This document shows, piece by piece, positions 59,307 to 64,000 of a stretch of DNA of 64,000 nucleotides. Origin of the DNA: an uncultured Anaerolineaceae bacterium (GTDB taxonomy: Bacteria; Chloroflexota; Dehalococcoidia; Tepidiformales; Tepidiformaceae). Position 1 is the first letter of the stretch, and each line of letters opens with the position of its first letter. The DNA lies in NCBI GenBank assembly GCA_964508715.1, contig CAZDUX010000011.1, forward strand, positions 1 through 64,000, given 5' to 3'. The notes below the pieces were generated by a model. The model made no database searches. It was not told where the DNA came from and was given only the letters and a program-made list of their open reading frames with translations. Made by a program: the position numbers and the translations under genes.

Positions 59307-59494
59307 CTCCGCTCCCCACCATTACGGCCCACGCGGAAACGAGGAGTACCAGGATGCCGTCCTCATTGGGCCGTATGGTCATGCGCTAGCCCCTCGCCGA
59401 AGGGGCTTCCCGCTATCCACCCCCGATCCGCACCGATTTTGCGCGTGCCCTGCCGCACCCGCCATCCCGTGCCCATCGAACGCGGAGCATGACC

Positions 59495-60748
59495 ATGTCC
59501 TATGCAACTGCCCTTCGCTGTCGCGAATGTCATCGCGAATACCCACTCGCCGCACAGCATGTCTGCGAGTTCTGTTTCGGCCCCGTCGAAGTCACCTACG
59601 ACTACGACGCTATCCGCCAGGGAGTCACGCGCGAGCGTATCCAGGCCGGCCCGGCCAGCCTCTGGCGGTACCGCGATTTTCTCCCGGTCGACCCCGACGC
59701 CGCCATCGACATCGGCGCCGGCTTCACCCCGCTCGTTCGTGCGCGAAACCTCGGCAAGGCGCTCGGCCTGAACAACCTCTACATCAAGAACGACACGGTG
59801 AACCCAACCTGGTCGTTCAAGGACCGTGTGGTTGCGGTGGCCGCGAGCCGCGCCCGCGAGCTTGGATTCGAGAAACTGGCCTGCGCGAGCACGGGCAACC
59901 TGGCCAACAGCGTCAGCGCCCACGCCGCCGCCGCCGGGATGGAGGCCGTTGTCTTCATCCCCCACGACCTCGAGGCCGGCAAGGTCGTCGGTTCGGCCAT
60001 CTACAATCCGACACTCGTCAAGGTTCGCGGCAACTACGACGCGGTGAACCGGCTCTGCGCGGAGCTCTCTTCCACCTATCCCTGGGCGTTCGTGAACGTG
60101 AACGTGCGGCCCTACTACAGCGAAGGCTCGAAGACGCTCGGGTTCGAGGTCGCCGAGCAGCTTGGCTGGCGGGCGCCGGACCACTGTGTCGTCCCAATCG
60201 CCAGCGGTTCGCTCTTCGTGAAGATCAAGAAGGGGTTCGAAGAGCTGGCGAAGGCGGGCCTCATCGAGCCAACGAAGACGCGCATGAGCGGCGCGCAGGC
60301 CACCGGCTGTTCGCCGGTTGCTACCGCGTGGGAGGAGGGTTCGATGAACTTCCGGCCCCAGCGCCCCGACACCATCGCCAAGTCGCTCGCCATTGGCAAC
60401 CCGGCCGACGGCTACTACTCGCTCGTCCAGCTGCGCGATACGGGCGGCGCCTGCGGCAACGTGAGCGACCCCGAGATCGTGGCCGGGATGAAGCTCCTTG
60501 CCGAGACCGAGGGCATCTTCGCCGAAACTGCCGGCGGCGTGACCGTTGCCTCGCTCAAACAGCTTGCCGAACAGGGTAGAATTGGGCCCGACGAGGTGAC
60601 GGTGGCGTTCATCACCGGGGCCGGCTTCAAGACCATCGAGGCCGTCACCGGGGCGCTCGAGCCCCCGCTCGAGATCGACGCCACCGTCAGCAGCTTCGAG
60701 CACGCCTTCGAGGCGCGCGGCGCGGCTGCACTCGTGGGTGCGAACTAA
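59495..60748 (+). CDS. threonine synthase homologue (PLP fold-type II) with N-terminal C4 zinc ribbon; candidate MetM-like homocysteine synthase
   Basis: CRECH...CEFC zinc ribbon; NPTWSFKDR PLP-Lys motif, CASTGN, IGNPA, TGAGFK as in ThrC; start chosen at second ATG, 7 nt after GGAG. Confidence 0.85.
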   Translation: MSYATALRCRECHREYPLAAQHVCEFCFGPVEVTYDYDAIRQGVTRERIQAGPASLWRYRDFLPVDPDAAIDIGAGFTPLVRARNLGKALGLNNLYIKNDTVNPTWSFKDRVVAVAASRARELGFEKLACASTGNLANSVSAHAAAAGMEAVVFIPHDLEAGKVVGSAIYNPTLVKVRGNYDAVNRLCAELSSTYPWAFVNVNVRPYYSEGSKTLGFEVAEQLGWRAPDHCVVPIASGSLFVKIKKGFEELAKAGLIEPTKTRMSGAQATGCSPVATAWEEGSMNFRPQRPDTIAKSLAIGNPADGYYSLVQLRDTGGACGNVSDPEIVAGMKLLAETEGIFAETAGGVTVASLKQLAEQGRIGPDEVTVAFITGAGFKTIEAVTGALEPPLEIDATVSSFEHAFEARGAAALVGAN

Positions 60749-61014
60749 TGCCCGAACGGAGTGGCCCATCCATGGCGACCAATCGCGTCCGCTTCACCTT
60801 TCCCGAAGAGCAGATCAAGGAACCGGTGATCTACCGCATCGGCCATGAATTCAACGTCATCACGAACGTCCGCATGGCCGACGTCGATGAGCAGACCGGC
60901 TGGGTGCTGCTCGAAATCGAAGGCGAACCCGCCGAAATCCAGCGCGCCATCGCCTGGGCGCAGGAACATGGCGTTCGCGTCGACCCCGTGGCCGGCGACA
61001 TGGTCGAGGGTTAG
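60748..61014 (+). CDS. stand-alone NIL-domain protein (MetN C-terminal-like ferredoxin-fold domain)
   Basis: TAATG coupling to upstream gene; AIAWAQEHGVRVDPV resembles MetN C2/NIL domain (AIAWLQEH.V.VE). Confidence 0.6.
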   Translation: MPERSGPSMATNRVRFTFPEEQIKEPVIYRIGHEFNVITNVRMADVDEQTGWVLLEIEGEPAEIQRAIAWAQEHGVRVDPVAGDMVEG

Positions 61015-61068
61015 ACCCATCCCCTGCTGAGTGCCGTCCCTGGCGACTCGCAACCAGCAACCCGCATC

Positions 61069-61368
61069 TTGCAACTCCGGAGGACTTCCGTGCCCGTTAC
61101 TGTCCGTATCCCGCAGCCCCTTCGCAACCTGACCGGCAACCAGCCGACCGTGCCCGCCGGTGGCGACACCCTCGCCGCCTGCATCACCGACCTCGAAGCG
61201 AAGTACCCCGGCTTCCGTGAGCGGATGATGGATGACGGCGGCCAGCTTCGCCGCTTTGTCAACGTTTATGTCAATGGCGACGATGTGCGCTTCATCGATG
61301 GCCTCGCCACGGCGCTCAAGGATGGCGACGAGGTCAGCATCGTGCCGGCGGTTGCGGGCGGAGCGTAG
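61069..61368 (+). CDS. MoaD/ThiS-family sulfur carrier-like protein (C-terminus ...AVAGGA)
   Basis: About 93-99 aa beta-grasp pattern (VNGDDV..DG..T.LKDGDEVSIVPAVAGG); probable GTG start at 61090 after GGAGGA RBS. Confidence 0.65.
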   Translation: MQLRRTSVPVTVRIPQPLRNLTGNQPTVPAGGDTLAACITDLEAKYPGFRERMMDDGGQLRRFVNVYVNGDDVRFIDGLATALKDGDEVSIVPAVAGGA

Positions 61369-61376
61369 GAGCCGCG

Positions 61377-62399
61377 CTACCGCCGCCGGTCGGGCCAGGC
61401 GAGGACGAGCCAGATCGCGAGCAGTCCGCCGGCAATCACGATGAGCGGCGAAACCGTATGGCCGCCTCCACGCTGAACGAGGACGCCCGAACCCGTCGAT
61501 GGTGCGAGCGGTGTCGCGTTCGCGCCGGGCGTGCGAGCACCTGCCGCCGTGCTCATGGGGGTTGGGCTCGGCGCCGGCGTGGGGGTCGCGGTTGGCTCGG
61601 CGGGCTTCGCGGGCACGACCGTGGGTGTCGGTGTCGAGACGATACTCGGCCGGCTCCCGGACGTGCCCGTAGACTGCGTCGCGGTTGGCCTGGGCCCCTC
61701 AGTCGCGGTCGGGGTGGGGGTTTCGAACTCCTGGTTCTCATCATCGAGGTCTGGCGGCACGATCTCGATGCGGTAGGTCGCGTTCTCCTTCGCCGGTTGC
61801 AGGACGACGACGAAGAGCGGGCAGACGAACGTGTCGCCCGGAGCGATGGTGTAGCGGAGCCCCGGGCCGGTGAGTGTCGCGGGCCCGCTGCAGAACTGGC
61901 CAACCTCCGCAGCGGTGCGCCCGCCTGCGACGATGTCGATATCGGAGCGCTGGCAGCCACTGACATTGCACGTGGCGGTCGCGTTCGCTTCGAGCGAGCC
62001 CAGGTCGACCCGGATCGGGTTCGAGCCGGTGTTGGAGACGCCGAGGAAGTAGACACACCCGGCGTAGGGATAGCCGTTGCCCACATTCAGCTCGACGGTG
62101 GCCGGCTGCATCGTCGCGGCACAGGTGACGAGCGGGGGCATCGGCGGCACGAGGTCCGGGCCGGCGTAGACGTACGTGTCGAGCGCATCGGTCGGGCCGG
62201 CCGCTGCAAACGAGACGATCTCGTAGCCGCCGCTCCCGCCCGGAGTGCCCACGACGAAGGGCGTGGTGTTAGCCCGGTTGTAGATGCTCCATGTCGCTTC
62301 GAGGGGGGCGGCCGAACCCGCCTGGAAGCCGACACCGCCGACGAGCGAGACAACGATCGCGATTGCGGCCGCGAGGGTCCAGCGCACTGATCGCGTCAT
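61377..62399 (-). CDS. secreted protein with SipW-cognate-like N-terminal signal, Pro/Thr-rich linker and C-terminal TM anchor plus RRR tail
   Basis: N-terminus MTRSVRWTLAAAIAIVVSLVGGVGFQA resembles the TasA/CalY-type signal (ALGLALVGGGT); C-terminus GGGHTVSPLIVIAGGLLAIWLVLAWPDRRR. Confidence 0.5.
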   Translation of the reverse strand: MTRSVRWTLAAAIAIVVSLVGGVGFQAGSAAPLEATWSIYNRANTTPFVVGTPGGSGGYEIVSFAAAGPTDALDTYVYAGPDLVPPMPPLVTCAATMQPATVELNVGNGYPYAGCVYFLGVSNTGSNPIRVDLGSLEANATATCNVSGCQRSDIDIVAGGRTAAEVGQFCSGPATLTGPGLRYTIAPGDTFVCPLFVVVLQPAKENATYRIEIVPPDLDDENQEFETPTPTATEGPRPTATQSTGTSGSRPSIVSTPTPTVVPAKPAEPTATPTPAPSPTPMSTAAGARTPGANATPLAPSTGSGVLVQRGGGHTVSPLIVIAGGLLAIWLVLAWPDRRR

Positions 62400-62527
62400 T
62401 GGCGTGCCCCGCCCTTCCCGGTCTGCCGCGGGAGCCCGGCGGGAGCTCTCCGCGGCAACCGGGATGCACACCTCCGCGGGTCGAGCGCGGATGTGGCGTG
62501 CGTCTCGAGTACGCCCTGCTCCGCCAT

Positions 62528-63589
62528 CTACCTGCCACCTCCGCCCGGGTTGGGAGTCGAAGGGAACTTGAGGATGCCGATGGATTCGCCCGGCTTATTG
62601 ACCACTTTGGGCGTTGGCATCGCCGTTGGCGTGCTGGTTGGCCGGGGTGTGGCCGTTGGCTCGGCATCGATGGACTTCGCGGCTTCCTCATCGTTCGATG
62701 GCGAGGCGTCGACGGTAACGATGGGGTTGCTGGTGCTGGCTGGCGGGCGGGCTCCCAGCGTCGTCCGCAGCGGCGCGGCACAGCTGGCGGGCTTTGGAAC
62801 AGCGACCGTGCCCGCGCCCAGCGGGCCGCTGCCGGAGACCTCCATGTATTTCGCGGTCACATTCTCGGTGGGGATGCCCGTGCCGGTGAGGGTGATGCTG
62901 AACTCGAGGGCGTTGAACGGGCCGTGGCCGGCGTTGGTGGCCTTCCACTTCACGAGCTTGCCCGCGGTATCGGGCGCGTAGGCCCAGGATGAGACGGGAT
63001 TCGTTCCCGGTGCGGGGTGCGTCTCGCTTTGCACCACGGCGTTGAGGGCGGGGTCGAAGCAGACGGGGAGCGCGATGTAATCGATGTTCTTTGCGCACGT
63101 TGGCCCGGCGATTCCCCCGCCCGAGAAGGTGTACGTGTAGGTCGTTTTCCCGCCTGCTTCGACCGGCGCCGACTTCAGGGCGATGACGTAGGGCTGGCAG
63201 GCGAACGAGCCGGTGCCGACGGAGCTCGAAAGCTGGAGCTCCTGGTACCAGAGGGTGTTCGCCGATTGCATGCGGACGAGCGCGAAGACGGAGAGCGCGA
63301 GCCCGAGGACGAGCGGCACCGCCGCGACCTGTGTCCGCCGTGCGAGCCGCCGGCCGGCCCCCGCGGGGATGCCGAAGCGCCCGGTGCGGTGGGTTCGCAG
63401 CCGCCGGGGCATGGGTGCCGGCGAGGGAGCGGTGGCAGCCGCCGGGGCAGCCGCATCGAGCGTATGGAGCGGAGCGCCGCCGTTCGTGGCATCGATCGTG
63501 AAGCCGGGGTCGGTTGTCCAGGTGGCATCGATGAGGAAGCCATCGGGCAGGGCCAGGTGCTGGAAGGGGTCGCGGAACGTGTCGTTCAT
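62528..63589 (-). CDS. secreted/anchored protein with SipW-cognate-like signal region (...RRTQVAAVPLVLGLALSVFALV...), Thr/Pro-rich C-terminus
   Basis: ATGA overlap with upstream signal peptidase gene; alternative internal start at 63412 (MPRRLRTHR) would give a classical signal peptide. Confidence 0.5.
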   Translation of the reverse strand: MNDTFRDPFQHLALPDGFLIDATWTTDPGFTIDATNGGAPLHTLDAAAPAAATAPSPAPMPRRLRTHRTGRFGIPAGAGRRLARRTQVAAVPLVLGLALSVFALVRMQSANTLWYQELQLSSSVGTGSFACQPYVIALKSAPVEAGGKTTYTYTFSGGGIAGPTCAKNIDYIALPVCFDPALNAVVQSETHPAPGTNPVSSWAYAPDTAGKLVKWKATNAGHGPFNALEFSITLTGTGIPTENVTAKYMEVSGSGPLGAGTVAVPKPASCAAPLRTTLGARPPASTSNPIVTVDASPSNDEEAAKSIDAEPTATPRPTSTPTAMPTPKVVNKPGESIGILKFPSTPNPGGGGR

Positions 63590-64000
63590 TGTGTCCGTCC
63601 CAACAGCTCGTTGAACTTGATGGGGATCCAGCCGACCTTGGGGAAGCGGCCGATGTACGAACCGATGAGCTGCTTGTCGGTCACCGGCATCAGGTCTTCG
63701 GTATTGTTGTTGTCGCCCTTGAAGACGAACTGGCGCTCGCCGTTCTCGCTCTTCTGGATGGCGACGACGCGGTGGAGGACGCGCTGGCGGTTGGGCAGTT
63801 CGTAGAGAATGATGTCGCCGACCTTGACGGTATCGGGGTCGACGCGGCCGACGAGGACGACGTCGCCCTGGTTGATGCGCGGCTCCATGGAGTGGCTGGG
63901 GACGAAGGCGGGCCGGTAGCCGAAGAAGCCGAAGCTGAACCAGAAGATGCCGAGGGCGATGACGGCGGTGAGTACCCAGGCGACCGATGGGAGCCGGAAG
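63586..64000 (-). CDS. signal peptidase I, ER/archaeal (SipW-like, S26B) type; N-terminus runs off window
   Basis: Frame continues upstream of the ORF-track Met (…FWFSFGFFGYRPAFVPSHSMEPRINQGDVVLV…): catalytic Ser in SHSMEP box, His in VLHRVVAI box (Ser/His dyad of ER-type SPases), GDNN box. Confidence 0.7.
   Translation of the reverse strand, partial: FRLPSVAWVLTAVIALGIFWFSFGFFGYRPAFVPSHSMEPRINQGDVVLVGRVDPDTVKVGDIILYELPNRQRVLHRVVAIQKSENGERQFVFKGDNNNTEDLMPVTDKQLIGSYIGRFPKVGWIPIKFNELLGRTQ

Noticed and set aside
59138-59389. 83-aa ORF overlapping the SAM riboswitch
   Set aside because: It lies across a structured RNA element with conserved riboswitch motifs. The translation is low-complexity and there is no RBS. 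It is almost certainly non-coding.

Overview
This is a roughly 64 kb, very GC-rich (about 68%) bacterial chromosomal segment, densely coded on both strands. The gene content (Uma2 endonucleases, split transketolase, deazaflavin/Ddn-type reductases) hints at a Chloroflexota or Actinomycetota-like organism, but that is a guess.

Housekeeping genes are recognisable: mfd, rplK-rplA with a clean rho-independent terminator, infA, moaA, split transketolase, a 6-phosphofructokinase and an acyl-CoA dehydrogenase. They are interspersed with accessory content:
- five ABC transporter systems (peptide/nickel SBP, Fbp-like iron uptake, Wzm/Wzt-type glycan exporter next to a GT2, a MacB/FtsX-like pair, and a cluster of two divergently oriented ~1125-aa FtsX permeases with two ATPases);
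- a TetR gene divergent from a Ddn-like reductase gene, a VapBC toxin-antitoxin pair, a CzcD-type CDF transporter, Usp, GNATs, hydrolases and DinB-family genes.

The most interesting signals are listed below. Several of them involve features that the ORF track alone splits or hides.
1. A SAM-I (S-box) riboswitch (59190..59306) heads an operon of a zinc-ribbon ThrC homologue, a stand-alone NIL-domain protein and a MoaD/ThiS-like sulfur carrier. This looks like a protein-thiocarboxylate route to homocysteine/methionine (MetM/MetO-like), with an extra NIL-domain component.
2. A GrdB/PrdB-family selenoprotein gene (33457..34404) is split by an in-frame TGA (34018..34020), with a UxxCH motif and a SECIS-like hairpin 11 nt downstream.
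3. A flotillin/SPFH gene has three to four internal ~65-aa repeats and a single in-frame TAA.
4. An exact ~775-bp tandem duplication carries an Uma2-family endonuclease gene.
5. At the window edge, an ER/SipW-type signal peptidase I is translationally coupled to two secreted proteins with SipW-cognate-like signal peptides (a TasA-like fibre operon candidate).
6. A membrane-tethered regulator combines a sigma-70 region-4-type HTH, a transmembrane helix and an SH3b domain.

Many long ORFs on the strand opposite to real genes are GC-driven shadow ORFs and were not called.
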